A stretch of 64,000 nt of DNA, from positions 1,504,001-1,568,000 of the forward strand of contig CBDANF010000003.1 of the NCBI GenBank assembly GCA_965197475.1. Reading direction: 5' to 3'. Positions within the stretch are counted from its first letter, which is position 1; every line of letters starts with the position of its first letter. The stretch is from Candidatus Poribacteria bacterium. GTDB taxonomy: Bacteria; Poribacteria; WGA-4E; WGA-3G. Shown here in pieces: positions 28,770-40,793 of the stretch. The notes beneath the pieces are model-generated. The model was not told the origin of the DNA. It ran no database searches and worked only from the letters and a program-made list of their open reading frames with translations. The position numbers were made by a program, and so were the translations under genes.

Positions 28770-29489
28770 ATGCGTCTTTTTGCTTCCCAGATCACAAAAA
28801 ATTTCGGGCACCGAACGATTGTCAGAAACGTATCGCTCACGATAAACCCTGGGGAAGTCGTTGCGATCTTCGGACCGAACGGCGCAGGTAAGACGACGCT
28901 TATCAAAATTCTGGCAACTCTCCTCCGCCCAACATCCGGGAAGTTTGAGATCGAAGGCACGGACGCAATTGCAGACTACGCACAAGTGCGAAACGTTTTA
29001 GGTGTCGTTATCCATGAGCATTTGGCGTACCCTGCTTTGACCCCGTATGAAAATCTGAAGTTTTTCGGACAGATGTACGGCATCAATCACTTAGAAACCC
29101 GATGCAAAACACTTCTTTATGAAGTCGGCTTAAGCCGCTTTATCCATGAACCGCTTCACATCTTTTCACGTGGCATGACCCAACGTTTTATGATTGCCAG
29201 AGCCCTCCTCCATCACCCCTCAATTTTATTACTTGATGAGCCCTTCTCTGGACTTGATGCGTCTGCGAAGCAGTTTGTCATAGATCGCATCGCACAAGAA
29301 CAACAAAACGGGAAAAGTATACTCATTACAACACATAACACCGAATTGGGGCACCTTGTAGGGTCAAGATTTTGCTTTATGATAAATGGTGAATTGGAAG
29401 AGATTGCACAAAAGGATGAAATTTCTGAAGATGTGTTACTGAGCATGTATGAGGAGAGATTATTAGACACCGCTTCAAAACGGTTGTAG
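28770..29489 (+). CDS. ccmA: Heme exporter ATP-binding protein
   Basis: GPNGAGKT, FSRGM, LLLDEP; adjacent to ccmB. Confidence 0.85.
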   Translation: MRLFASQITKNFGHRTIVRNVSLTINPGEVVAIFGPNGAGKTTLIKILATLLRPTSGKFEIEGTDAIADYAQVRNVLGVVIHEHLAYPALTPYENLKFFGQMYGINHLETRCKTLLYEVGLSRFIHEPLHIFSRGMTQRFMIARALLHHPSILLLDEPFSGLDASAKQFVIDRIAQEQQNGKSILITTHNTELGHLVGSRFCFMINGELEEIAQKDEISEDVLLSMYEERLLDTASKRL

Positions 29490-29514
29490 GTGGCTCTTTC
29501 AAATTGAGACAAAC

Positions 29515-30207
29515 ATGAAGGCACTCCGACAGATTGCAGCGTTGATTCGCAAAGACCTATGGATTCAATTCCGTTCAAAGGAAACGCTGGCGTTAATTTT
29601 CGTTTTTAGTGTACTCGTTGTCCTCATTTTTGTTTTTGCGTTTGGACAGGAATTCCCTGAAAAGATTGAACGTAGTAAATTAACCGCTAGTGTCCTCTGG
29701 GCAACATTCGTTTTTGCAGGAATTATCACCTTGAATCGTTCATTCGCGTTAGAACGTACACATGGGGCTTTGCACGGTATCCGGCTTACCGGTGTTGATG
29801 CGAGCAATGTTTACCTTTCCAAAGTTATCAGTAACGTCGTTTTCCTATTGCTACTGGAAGTCGTTATTACTCCCATCGCACTTCAATTCTTGGATCTATT
29901 TGATGAAGTGACGGTGGGTATGTTGCTAAAACTGCTTGGTGTGCTGAGTATCGGCACGCTCGGATTTTGTGCTGTTGGTGTGCTGTTAGCTGGGATGTCT
30001 ACAACCACAGATGGTGGTGAAAGCTTACTTTCTGTCATCTTACTTCCGCTTGTTATTCCAATTATTATGGGTGGTGCAAAATGCACCGTTTCTATTTTGA
30101 TAACCGGTGGCTTAGAAGAAGGATTCTGGTTGAGTATGTTGGTAGGTTCAAGTCTTGTTTTTTTGGCATCAGCATATCTGCTTGCCGATGCTGTTATTGA
30201 GGAATAG
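29515..30207 (+). CDS. ccmB: Heme exporter membrane protein
   Basis: KDL...FRSKE, LNRSF..E...G.L, LL.VILLPLVIP. Confidence 0.85.
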   Translation: MKALRQIAALIRKDLWIQFRSKETLALIFVFSVLVVLIFVFAFGQEFPEKIERSKLTASVLWATFVFAGIITLNRSFALERTHGALHGIRLTGVDASNVYLSKVISNVVFLLLLEVVITPIALQFLDLFDEVTVGMLLKLLGVLSIGTLGFCAVGVLLAGMSTTTDGGESLLSVILLPLVIPIIMGGAKCTVSILITGGLEEGFWLSMLVGSSLVFLASAYLLADAVIEE

Positions 30208-30218
30208 TGGTAGCGTAA

Positions 30219-31664
<1,446 letters not shown>

Positions 31665-31764
31665 ACCTTACCGAATCAAAGCAGAATGCGCGTTCGGCAT
31701 TCTGCGTATCAATATTGGGACAGTGCTTGTACTGTTCCAATACGCGCTCTTGAAGGTTAGTCTT

Positions 31765-32052
31765 ATGCGTATTTTTCGCGCCATCTTACTTATTATCGCA
31801 TTAGCACTACTTATAGTCAGCATTAGACAATTCCAGCGTGGTTATAGAGACTGGCAACATGCACAAAGCGTTGAGGAAGGCTACCAAGATGAGCTTCGTA
31901 GGCTTGAAACTGAGCGTGACGAGTTAAAGCATCGCGTAGAATTGTTAAAAAATGATACCCTAACCAAGGAACGCCTCGTCAGAAAAAGATTTGGTTATGT
32001 TAAGTTTGGTGAAATCAAGTTCAAAATCTCTAAACCTGCACAACCCGAATGA
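31765..32052 (+). CDS. ftsB: Septum formation initiator FtsB/DivIC
   Basis: TM plus coiled coil, E.L.RK.FGYVK.GE; conserved position after eno. Confidence 0.75.
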   Translation: MRIFRAILLIIALALLIVSIRQFQRGYRDWQHAQSVEEGYQDELRRLETERDELKHRVELLKNDTLTKERLVRKRFGYVKFGEIKFKISKPAQPE

Positions 32053-32290
32053 TCTGCGAATAAGACATACCGTTAGTTTTGTAGATGCGCCCTCCTTAGT
32101 TCAATCCTTACACGGCACTGAATTGGAAACATCAGTGACCTCATCCATATCTCTCACCTTGTTCGACAAACTCTTTGCAATATAGAAAAATATCAGTTAT
32201 AATTGACTAAGCTTTGAACAATTTTTAGGGTTCTTGTGTGAGATATTGAATTTTTAGAACCTCTTAGACATCAATACAGATTTATTATAC

Positions 32291-32360
32291 ACATTTCGCC
32301 CCGCTGGGCTTAGTATGCTAAGGTTATCGCGTTTCTATAAACATTCCGCCCCGCTGGGCT
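32291..32360. repeat. REP-like doublet
   Basis: acatttcgccccgctgggct and acattccgccccgctgggct 50 nt apart; related to the doublet at 16015-16085. Confidence 0.6.
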
Positions 32361-32378
32361 GCTCTTTGCTACTACTTA

Positions 32379-32467
32379 TACCAAATTAATGGGATTAGTC
32401 TTATTTTTCTGGGCAGACTGCGCGCTTACAAAGCGCGCCTACCGAGTGGGATCAAGTTAATTTGGTA
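32379..32467. mobile_element. MITE (TACCAAATTAA...TTAATTTGGTA family)
   Basis: Perfect TIR, TTA/TAA flanks, highly similar to 50930-51017. Confidence 0.8.
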
Positions 32468-32701
32468 TAAGGTGCTTTTTCTCCGAGTTACATCTCCGCG
32501 CAATACTCGCTGAAAATCAAAACATATTTGAAAACTCAACATGAAACTGACAAAAATTGTCCAAACTTCAGTATAATTGAAGATAGCACAAATAGATAGA
32601 GTCAGAGGTACAAACCCTCCGATACCCTTCTAAACGGAGTTGGATACAACCTCTTCCATAAAAAGGCGTGCTACTACTGCCATAAAATGTAGGGTACTTT
32701 T

Positions 32702-34054
32702 ATGTACACAGAAAAAAATCACCGTAACCCTTTTTCTAAGTTGATCGCTATATGCGGACTCCTCCTGCTTTTTATTTTAGTGATTAATGCTATGCGAGTT
32801 TTTCAGAAAGAGGCATCTCCACCATCCATCCCTAAGGTTGAGGTGAAGGAAAAACATTCTAAATCTAATACGGTTGAAGCGAAGGAAATACGTCCGAAAT
32901 CTGTTAGACGCAGGGATACGCTTGATACCAAGCAATCACCCGACGGATTCCGGCTATACCGCTATTGGTGGGTTGGAAGTGCTGCCGTTTACGTGGCAGA
33001 GATGGATCGTGATGCCAAAGACCTTCAATTCGACGTGGAACTCTCTAATTCCCAAATTCTCAGGCGTGAAACTATCACCGGTGCAACAAGACGACTTAAA
33101 AGAAAAGGAATACAGACACTGGCAGGTGTTAATGGGAGTTTCGGGATTCGTGAGGATAATTATGGGCGTGGCGGAATGATTTTCAACCTTCATATTCAAA
33201 AAGGGGAACTTGTCAGTGTCCCCAAATTGATTGATAGATGGGGCTATTCACCTCCATCACCGTGGGGTGAAACCAGTTTTGGAGTTACCCCCGATGGCGA
33301 ATTTCTCTTGGATGCTGTTCTCTTAAACGGTAGACTTCGCATCGGCGAAGAAACCCTGACGATAGACGCTATTAACCAAATTTGCGATTCGTCATGTCCG
33401 GTAGTGCTTTACACGCCTCGCTTTGGAAGAACAACTTTAACGCGCCGATGCTACGAATTTACGCTCGAAAAACTGACACTTCCGCTTACTGGAAAATATA
33501 CGAGTCGTTTTGTCGTCACCGAAGTCAATCCGCGTGGTAATAGCATAATCCCTTCTGATGGTGTTATCCTGGCGATAGAACCACGCGTCGCAATCAACTG
33601 GTATAGGAAAATCGGAAAGTCTGCGACTGGTGTGTTGGATATTGCGCTCACGCCTGAAAAATGGCAGACAGTTCAGACGGGTATCGGTGGCAATCTACGG
33701 CTTTTACGTAACGGTGAAATTGAACCTGAGTTGATTGAATTTGACCGTACCAGAGGTGCCAGTGCTTTCGGACACCGCAACGGTGCTCAGCGGCATCCGC
33801 GGAGTGCATTGGGATTTAACGATGAAAAACTTTTTCTTATTGTTGTTGATGGCAGGCGTCCCGGTCACAGCTCGGGAATGACTTTTTATGATATGGCAAG
33901 TTTTTTTAAAGATATCGGCATCAAACATGCTATTAACTTTGATGGTGGTAGTTCCTCAGCCTTGTGGGCATTGGGCAGAATTGTGAATAAACCCGCACAC
34001 GATTATGAGCGACCTATCTTCAACGTGGCGATGATTCGCAGAAAAGAAAAATAA
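32702..34054 (+). CDS. Phosphodiester glycosidase (NAGPA) family protein
   Basis: AGVNGSF, RHPRSALG, VVDGR, AINFDGGSS. Confidence 0.85.
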   Translation: MYTEKNHRNPFSKLIAICGLLLLFILVINAMRVFQKEASPPSIPKVEVKEKHSKSNTVEAKEIRPKSVRRRDTLDTKQSPDGFRLYRYWWVGSAAVYVAEMDRDAKDLQFDVELSNSQILRRETITGATRRLKRKGIQTLAGVNGSFGIREDNYGRGGMIFNLHIQKGELVSVPKLIDRWGYSPPSPWGETSFGVTPDGEFLLDAVLLNGRLRIGEETLTIDAINQICDSSCPVVLYTPRFGRTTLTRRCYEFTLEKLTLPLTGKYTSRFVVTEVNPRGNSIIPSDGVILAIEPRVAINWYRKIGKSATGVLDIALTPEKWQTVQTGIGGNLRLLRNGEIEPELIEFDRTRGASAFGHRNGAQRHPRSALGFNDEKLFLIVVDGRRPGHSSGMTFYDMASFFKDIGIKHAINFDGGSSSALWALGRIVNKPAHDYERPIFNVAMIRRKEK

Positions 34055-34058
34055 TCCC

Positions 34059-34472
34059 ATGAAACCACGATATGTCATATTATTTTCTGTCCTGTTGTTA
34101 ATCGCTTGTTCAAATAGGAATACCCCGCAAGCAGTCACTGAAGATTTTATCTATAATTACTATAAACTCGCAAATCAAGAAGCGTCACTCCAGTTAAGTT
34201 CGGGACTTGCCACAGAAAAATTGGAAGCTGAAATAGCACGGTTGCAAGAGGTACGCAAACCGGGCGATCCCGCACCCGAAATGCCAAAAATTGAATATAA
34301 GCAGATCGGAAAAGAGACAGCAGATGAAATTGAAAACATAGTCCATGTGTTATTCAACTATCAATTGACAATCAAAAATAGCGATGGTCCAACAACCCAC
34401 ACCCGAAATGTCGTTATTACCACTGAAAACATTGATGGTCAATGGAAGGTTGTTAATTTTGACGAGTATTAA
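34059..34472 (+). CDS. Hypothetical lipoprotein (NTF2-like/DUF4878-like)
   Basis: Lipobox LIAC; C-terminal DGQWKV. Confidence 0.6.
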   Translation: MKPRYVILFSVLLLIACSNRNTPQAVTEDFIYNYYKLANQEASLQLSSGLATEKLEAEIARLQEVRKPGDPAPEMPKIEYKQIGKETADEIENIVHVLFNYQLTIKNSDGPTTHTRNVVITTENIDGQWKVVNFDEY

Positions 34473-34517
34473 AAGTGTCAGTAGTTTGAGGTAAAGCGGA
34501 GATTCCGATCTTATCCG

Positions 34518-35636
34518 ATGGAGACTTCCATGAAAACTGGCAGGGTTGCTATCTTTACACAACCACAGGCACCGTTGGAATTTCGGGAATACCCGGTTCC
34601 ATCCGTAACAGCCGGCGACATGCTGGTGCGAATCCGACTGGCGAATATTTGCGGTTCCGATTTACATTTTTGGCGTGGACACGGTCCTAAAATCAGTAGT
34701 GGCATTCCACAGGTGCTCGGTCATGAAATGATCGGCACCATTGAAGCGATGGGACGAAATGTGCAAGTTGACAGTATAGGTCAGCCGCTAACTGAAGGGG
34801 ATCGGATCGTCTATTCCTATTTCAAACCTTGTCAACGTTGTTGGGTATGTCTCAACGGTAAACCTGGCTGTCCGAATCGCTACCGAGATTGGCTCGGTGT
34901 CTCCAGCGAACAACACCCGCACTTCCACGGTGCTTATGGCGAATACTACTACATGAAAGCAGGACATTGGGTTTTTAAAGTGCCTGATGAACTGCCGGAT
35001 AAGCTCGTATCCCCAATTAACTGCGCCTTATCGGAAGTTATCTACGGACTCAATCAGATCGGCATTACGCTTGGAGACACAGTTGTTATCCAAGGAGCAG
35101 GCGGGCTCGGGCTTTATGCGACTGCTGTGGCAAGGGAAATGGGCGCGGGAAAAATCATTGTCCTTGATCGGTTGCCTGCCCGTCTCGCGCTTGCTCATGA
35201 ATTTGGTGCGGATTATACCCTCAACGTTGATGAACTTGAAATGGAAGATCGCATTGATTATGTCCTTGAGCAGACAAACGGTATCGGTGCTGACCTGGTG
35301 GCAGAATTTGTAGGTTCTCCGCGTGTTCTTGCTGAAGGTGTAGAAATGCTTCGGTGGGGTGGACGTTATCTTTGGATTGGCAACATCAATCTCGGATTTC
35401 CAACGGAAATTGATCCGGGTAATATCGTTCGGTGTAGCAAAACTATCCGAGGTGTGATCGTCTATGAACCGTGGGTAATCCCACGTGCACTTGATTTCCT
35501 AAGCCGAACACGAGACAAATATCCGTTCCACAAAATCATCTCTGATACCTTTTCATTTGATCATATTAACGATGCTTTCTCTTACGCTAATGAGGGTTCT
35601 GCTATCCGTGTCGGTTTGGAATTTGGCGAGGTCTAA
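34518..35636 (+). CDS. Zinc-binding alcohol dehydrogenase (MDR family)
   Basis: ICGSD, GHE..G, CxxCxxC...C, GAGGLG. Confidence 0.9.
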   Translation: METSMKTGRVAIFTQPQAPLEFREYPVPSVTAGDMLVRIRLANICGSDLHFWRGHGPKISSGIPQVLGHEMIGTIEAMGRNVQVDSIGQPLTEGDRIVYSYFKPCQRCWVCLNGKPGCPNRYRDWLGVSSEQHPHFHGAYGEYYYMKAGHWVFKVPDELPDKLVSPINCALSEVIYGLNQIGITLGDTVVIQGAGGLGLYATAVAREMGAGKIIVLDRLPARLALAHEFGADYTLNVDELEMEDRIDYVLEQTNGIGADLVAEFVGSPRVLAEGVEMLRWGGRYLWIGNINLGFPTEIDPGNIVRCSKTIRGVIVYEPWVIPRALDFLSRTRDKYPFHKIISDTFSFDHINDAFSYANEGSAIRVGLEFGEV

Positions 35637-35890
35637 TAATTTATGCTATGGAATTAGAAAATGCGTAACTACAGAAAATTAAAAGATTACCATATTCAAC
35701 TACGCGATCCAGGGGACCCAAAGATATCTTTCTGTGTCACTTGAGGATTATGAGAAGAATGGGGACATAGACGGGTTTTTTATTACTCGCGGTCAAAGAT
35801 GTCGCTGAGGCACAAGGAAATCGGGCTTAGAAAGCCCTCCCAAAGAGTGTTTTGTGACAATTGAATAGCTATGTTCCAAAATATTAAAAG

Positions 35891-35919
35891 TTGACAATAT
35901 CTTTTTTATATAATATACT
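35891..35919 (+). promoter_or_regulatory. sigma70 promoter of ndk
   Basis: TTGACA, 17 nt, TATACT. Confidence 0.7.
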
Positions 35920-35996
35920 TAAAAGATTAGGTGTCAAGACAGACATCTGTATTCAATCCTACAGGAACTTGCTTTTAACGTTGAAACGGAGTTGAT

Positions 35997-36416
35997 ATGG
36001 AAATAGAACAGACACTGATTCTGGTGAAACCAGATGGTGTTCAACGCGGACTTATCGGAGAGATCATTTCCCGCTACGAACAAAAAGGACTTAAACTTAT
36101 TGGTCTAAAGTTAATACAATTCCCGCGCGTTAAAGCGGAAGAGCTATACGCAATCCATAAGGGACAGTCGTTTTATGATCGACTCATTGAATTCATGACC
36201 TCAACGCCCATTGTTGCTATTGCTGTTGAGGGCAAGAACGCGATTAAATTATCTCGTATCATTAACGGTGCAACGGATCCGATTGAATCCGCACCTGGCA
36301 GTATTCGCGGGGACTATTCAACTGACATCACATATAACCTCGTGCATGCTTCGGATTGCTTGGAGAACGCTAAGCGGGAATTAGCCATCTTGTTTTCATC
36401 AGAAGAACTCTGTTAA
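35997..36416 (+). CDS. ndk: Nucleoside diphosphate kinase
   Basis: KPDGVQRGLIGEII.R.E.KG, PGSIRGD, NLVHASD. Confidence 0.97.
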   Translation: MEIEQTLILVKPDGVQRGLIGEIISRYEQKGLKLIGLKLIQFPRVKAEELYAIHKGQSFYDRLIEFMTSTPIVAIAVEGKNAIKLSRIINGATDPIESAPGSIRGDYSTDITYNLVHASDCLENAKRELAILFSSEELC

Positions 36417-36598
36417 CACTTTTGAATTGTTTTGACGCGGTGCTCATAATTTTATCTTCAACACAAAAGTTATTTCAAAAAGTTTCATCAAAGTTTTCGG
36501 GATAGAAACCTCGCCTTATAAGTTTACTATTACCAAAACGTGCCAGCGTTGACTATACCCGTTTATCCGTTTAATCGCATCAGAGAAGTCCGCAACTC

Positions 36599-37504
36599 TC
36601 ACATTTGTGAGCAGCCAATTGAATTCAGGTACTGGAAATTCCGTTTGGCACTCCGATATGGACTGCCCATGCCCGGTAAAACATCCTGCTCAACGACAAC
36701 CCATCCATCATAATTGCGATTTCGCAACTCCCCTATGAACGCAGGAAAATCAATATCTCCTTTGCCCAATTCACAGAAAACGCCTTTCCCTACAGACTCA
36801 AAGTAATTCCAACCATCTCTGCGGGAACGGGCAGCGATTTCAGGGTGGCAATCCTTGAAATGCACGTGCCATATCCGTTCAGCGTGCCGATCAAATATGT
36901 CAAGTGGGTCACCACCACCGAATCGGTAATGTCCCGTATCAAAACATAACCCGACCAGATTCGGATCGGTGCGTTGCATCAACGTGTCCACTTCCGCAGG
37001 TGTTTCTACATATCCCGCACAGTGATGATGAAATACGGTGCGTAGTCCCGATTCGTCTCGTACTGATTGCGCGATACGATGCACACCCTCCACAAAAGTG
37101 TCCCACTGATCATGCGTTAAGCCGTGTTCTGGACAGATGCGCCCAGCATTGTGCGTGCGCTGTTCCACAGTGCCGTTGTCATCTGAAAGCACGATGAACG
37201 CAGTATCCCCGCTTGCATCTGCCAACAGACGTGCATGCTGTCCTGCTGATGCCTCACCCGTTGCGTGTGTCTCAGCATCTGCAAGCGCGACCGGCACAAA
37301 TGCACCTAACAAGGTCAACTCGCGTGCTGCAAGTTCGTCGCGGAGTTGTGCGGGGTCAGTCGGCATGAAACCCCAATCTCCCAATTCGGTGCCACTATAA
37401 CCGATTGCGTGCATCTCGTCTAATACTTGGGTGTAGTCGGGGGATTTGCCTTGTAGGTCAAATTCAAGCACACCCCAGGAACATGGGGCATTTGCGATTT
37501 TCAT
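36599..37504 (-). CDS. iolE: Myo-inosose-2 dehydratase-like sugar phosphate isomerase/epimerase
   Basis: ANAPCSWG, FHHH, DTGH, HVHFKD, ELG.G..DF, VVEQD. Confidence 0.7.
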   Translation of the reverse strand: MKIANAPCSWGVLEFDLQGKSPDYTQVLDEMHAIGYSGTELGDWGFMPTDPAQLRDELAARELTLLGAFVPVALADAETHATGEASAGQHARLLADASGDTAFIVLSDDNGTVEQRTHNAGRICPEHGLTHDQWDTFVEGVHRIAQSVRDESGLRTVFHHHCAGYVETPAEVDTLMQRTDPNLVGLCFDTGHYRFGGGDPLDIFDRHAERIWHVHFKDCHPEIAARSRRDGWNYFESVGKGVFCELGKGDIDFPAFIGELRNRNYDGWVVVEQDVLPGMGSPYRSAKRNFQYLNSIGCSQM

Positions 37505-37507
37505 GGG

Positions 37508-38188
37508 TTATCGGTTCCTTACGACCTTTCTGAAATCCTTAACAAAATGCCCGAAAAGTTTGACTTGATCAGTTTCCTCAAGATCCTCTGTTGTTAACAC
37601 ATAAGTCCCATCAAGATCACTTTCCGCAATGGCCCGTCCTTTTTTGTGAGGTTCAATTTTTGTCAAGGTGCCGTCAGTATCAGGAGTAATTAGATATACC
37701 TTGATATGTTTTGTATTGCCATTTTGGCAAAATTTGAATTTCCAATAACCTGTCTGAGCAACCCTTTCTCTCAAAGAAGTTTTACATGAGATTATAGCGA
37801 TAACTCGGAAATTTTTAGGGTTGTAAACAACTATATCAGCATCTGGTAAATGCATCCCATTTTTTCCATAATTGATGACCACATTTCGCTTTACAGCATC
37901 TAATTGATCTGACAATTTTTTCTTGTTTAACTCATTGTCGTTAACAGTCTTTAACCCTAAAGTTTCAATTGAATCTGTAATAATATATTGAATCAATTTT
38001 TGAAAATTCTTTCCTTTAAATGAACGCCAACTTTGGCCTTTGTCTTTGTCTGGATCATGTTCAGCAAGGTAAGCATAACGGAGTTCCTTTGCCTCATCCA
38101 AAAGTTCATGCATGTATCTGTATGCTTCTTCACCTCTTCTCTCTTTCATTCTGAGATACAAATTTTTTAAATCTTCAAAATCTTTCAC
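37508..38188 (-). CDS. BsaWI-family type II restriction endonuclease, paralog 2
   Basis: QSWRSFKGKNF, PDADI, SCKTSLRERVAQTGYWK (CCGG-family signature). Confidence 0.75.
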   Translation of the reverse strand: MKDFEDLKNLYLRMKERRGEEAYRYMHELLDEAKELRYAYLAEHDPDKDKGQSWRSFKGKNFQKLIQYIITDSIETLGLKTVNDNELNKKKLSDQLDAVKRNVVINYGKNGMHLPDADIVVYNPKNFRVIAIISCKTSLRERVAQTGYWKFKFCQNGNTKHIKVYLITPDTDGTLTKIEPHKKGRAIAESDLDGTYVLTTEDLEETDQVKLFGHFVKDFRKVVRNR

Positions 38189-38200
38189 TGTAATTATTCC

Positions 38201-38881
38201 TTAATTGTCTTCTATCAGTTGTTTGAAATCCTCAATAAAATGCTCAAAAAGCTTTACCTTATCGCTCTCTTCTATGTCCGCTTCGGTTAGTACATAAGTG
38301 CCGTCAAGGTCAATCTCAACAATGGCACGTCCTTTTTTGGGAAGATATGTTGTTGTCAAGGTGCCATCTTCGTCAGGGGTGATAAAGTATACCTTAATGT
38401 GTTCTGTGGTTTCATCTGCTAATAATTTGAGTTTCCAATAGCCTGTTTGGGCAATTCGCTCACGAAGTGTAACTTTGCTTGAAATAACAGCAATTACTTT
38501 CATGTTGTTAGGATTGTAGACCACAATATCAACATCGGGTAAATGCAACCCAAATTCCCCGTAATCAATAGCTAAATTTCTTTTAACTAAGCCCAGCTCG
38601 TAGGATAGACTTCTACTACGTTCTAATTTATTACCGTTGATGACCTTCATACCCATGGCTTCAATTGATGCCGTGATAATGTGCTGAATCAGTTTCTCAA
38701 AATTCTTTCCCTTAAAAGCACGCCAGCTCTGTTCATGATCTCCTTCGGGTTTGTCTTTTAAAAAATCCTGCTTATGCTGTTCTTTCGCATCCTGCAAAAG
38801 TTGAGAAATCGACTTGTAAGCTTCTACTCCTTCTTGCAATTGTGTCCTACTGTACATTTCTTTTAAATCTTCAAATTTCAT
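38201..38881 (-). CDS. BsaWI-family type II restriction endonuclease, paralog 1
   Basis: QSWRAFKGKNFEKLI, PDVDI, SSKVTLRERIAQTGYWK. Confidence 0.8.
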   Translation of the reverse strand: MKFEDLKEMYSRTQLQEGVEAYKSISQLLQDAKEQHKQDFLKDKPEGDHEQSWRAFKGKNFEKLIQHIITASIEAMGMKVINGNKLERSRSLSYELGLVKRNLAIDYGEFGLHLPDVDIVVYNPNNMKVIAVISSKVTLRERIAQTGYWKLKLLADETTEHIKVYFITPDEDGTLTTTYLPKKGRAIVEIDLDGTYVLTEADIEESDKVKLFEHFIEDFKQLIEDN

Positions 38882-38888
38882 AAAATAC

Positions 38889-40202
38889 TTACTCCTTTAA
38901 GCCGATAACAATGTACTCCGTCGGATATGCCTGTGCGTCGGCTTTGTCCTTACTTGCAAATCTTCCCGTTTTTTCGTCCCTTGTTTGAGGTAGAATCTTC
39001 AATGGAATTTCTCGTTTAATTAGTTTATCAAGTTTAAAGCCTGAATGTTGTAAAGAATCGGCGAATGCTTCTGCGTTAAGAATATCAACCCCGCGTAACT
39101 TGGTGTTCCCAATGACATAGCAACACCTACCACCCGGTTTCAAAATTCTGAAACTTTCGTTAAAAACCTCCTGCATATCAATAAAGAAAGCATCAATTTC
39201 CTTCGCTTTTTTACTATTCTTCTCTACCATTTCATCAACAATCTTGGATGCTATTTGACTCTTTAGTGCCTTGTTCTCATAATGCTTGTAGGAGGTGCCA
39301 ATAAATATTTTTCTATACTCTTTGAGATCGCCTGCTAAATCCAACCAGAGCGTTGAGAGTTGATGTAGATCTGCATATTCGTAACTTGTCACATACGGAC
39401 TTGAACTTACAATTAGATCAACACTATCATCTGGAACAGGCTGTTCTTTGGCGCAACCAATTCGGATTTTTAGGTAACTATCAGGATCGTCTTTAACGTG
39501 AGACGGTACAACATCGTAAAATTGAGAATTTCCCTTTAGCATTTTCAGAAGGTGTCTTTTGATAGCATCGTAGGGACGTGTGGACCGCTTATTGAAATCG
39601 CGTGCTGGCTTAGTGCTACTTAGACTCCAAATTGAACATGTTTTGAGGACATGACTAAACGCAACAAGGAGAAAGGACTTGATTACGGATTCATCTTCTT
39701 TACGAATTACGGCTAAAATTTTCGCAAGTTCGTCTCGTGCAGATTCCGTGAACCAATAGTCTATCTTTTCTAAATGTTTCTCAGGGATGTAAGGCTCTAT
39801 CTGATTTTTACTAAATAATCCATTCTCTACCTCAGGAGGACAAATCTGTAACAGAAAGTCATTAACTTTTTTCTTAAGATAGTCTGGACAGATCGCTTTT
39901 GCTTTTGCTCCAGTCATCAAATAAGCAATTCTGTTAATATCTGTTCCACTTGCATGAAATCCGCGCGATATCGCGCTAACAATGGTTGTGCCACACCCCA
40001 TAAACGGGTCGTTTACACTAGCAGCCTCATTGTCTATGTAGGTATCCATTAACTTCTCAACAAGTTGCGGAATGAACTTGGCGGGATAGCGGTGGTAGCC
40101 ATGCGTCCATTTTCCCGTGTCTGATGGCTTACATTCGCTGAACGACCAGTCTTTGTCAATGGATGTCTGGTCAAACCATTCATGTATTTCGTTTGGTGAC
40201 AT
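38889..40202 (-). CDS. N4-cytosine DNA methyltransferase (alpha-type motif order)
   Basis: THGYHRYPAKFIPQ, DPFMGCGTT, SSPY (SPPY variant). Confidence 0.85.
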   Translation of the reverse strand: MSPNEIHEWFDQTSIDKDWSFSECKPSDTGKWTHGYHRYPAKFIPQLVEKLMDTYIDNEAASVNDPFMGCGTTIVSAISRGFHASGTDINRIAYLMTGAKAKAICPDYLKKKVNDFLLQICPPEVENGLFSKNQIEPYIPEKHLEKIDYWFTESARDELAKILAVIRKEDESVIKSFLLVAFSHVLKTCSIWSLSSTKPARDFNKRSTRPYDAIKRHLLKMLKGNSQFYDVVPSHVKDDPDSYLKIRIGCAKEQPVPDDSVDLIVSSSPYVTSYEYADLHQLSTLWLDLAGDLKEYRKIFIGTSYKHYENKALKSQIASKIVDEMVEKNSKKAKEIDAFFIDMQEVFNESFRILKPGGRCCYVIGNTKLRGVDILNAEAFADSLQHSGFKLDKLIKREIPLKILPQTRDEKTGRFASKDKADAQAYPTEYIVIGLKE

Positions 40203-40314
40203 GAAATTGCCTCAATTTTGTTCGGGTGGAAAAGTCCATATATCTTAAAAACAAAGAAAATCGTAACTTCTTAATAAACGTCTCAGTGAGTGTAACTGTT
40301 TCGGAGACACTCGT

Positions 40315-40743
40315 TTATGCAGCTTCCCCTCTAATAGTAACGATGCTCTCAGGTGTTTTGTATCTTTCAAAAAGCACGTCTGACACCTCTCCTATTAACA
40401 TAGGATAACTCTTAGATATTTCACAGTCATCTACAAAATAATATAAGGCACCAACAGGTGCACGAGGGCAAAGGTCTTTATGGTAATCAATGTAATAATT
40501 TACCATTATGTTTACAATCGTCTTAACAGGTAAAAATTCATTTTTTCCAATATGCTCCCCAACCGTGCGGTTAAGGGCAGCTCGCCAAGGACCAGAACGA
40601 TTAAGAGGATTAAAAGGTTCGGATTTATCCGCTAATACACTTTTTGCAGCTGTAATAATTTTTTTATGCGGGATTGTGTCCGCAATTGCCGTTGCTATCT
40701 CGTTGAACGTCATTTCTGGATGGATAGTCAATGTATAGACCAT
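40315..40743 (-). CDS. Hypothetical protein
   Basis: 142-aa ORF with AAGGAG RBS; family not recognised. Confidence 0.55.
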   Translation of the reverse strand: MVYTLTIHPEMTFNEIATAIADTIPHKKIITAAKSVLADKSEPFNPLNRSGPWRAALNRTVGEHIGKNEFLPVKTIVNIMVNYYIDYHKDLCPRAPVGALYYFVDDCEISKSYPMLIGEVSDVLFERYKTPESIVTIRGEAA

Positions 40744-40793
40744 GAGTTTCTCCTTTATGTTTTTCGTTACATAATTTTACTTGAAATAGGTTT

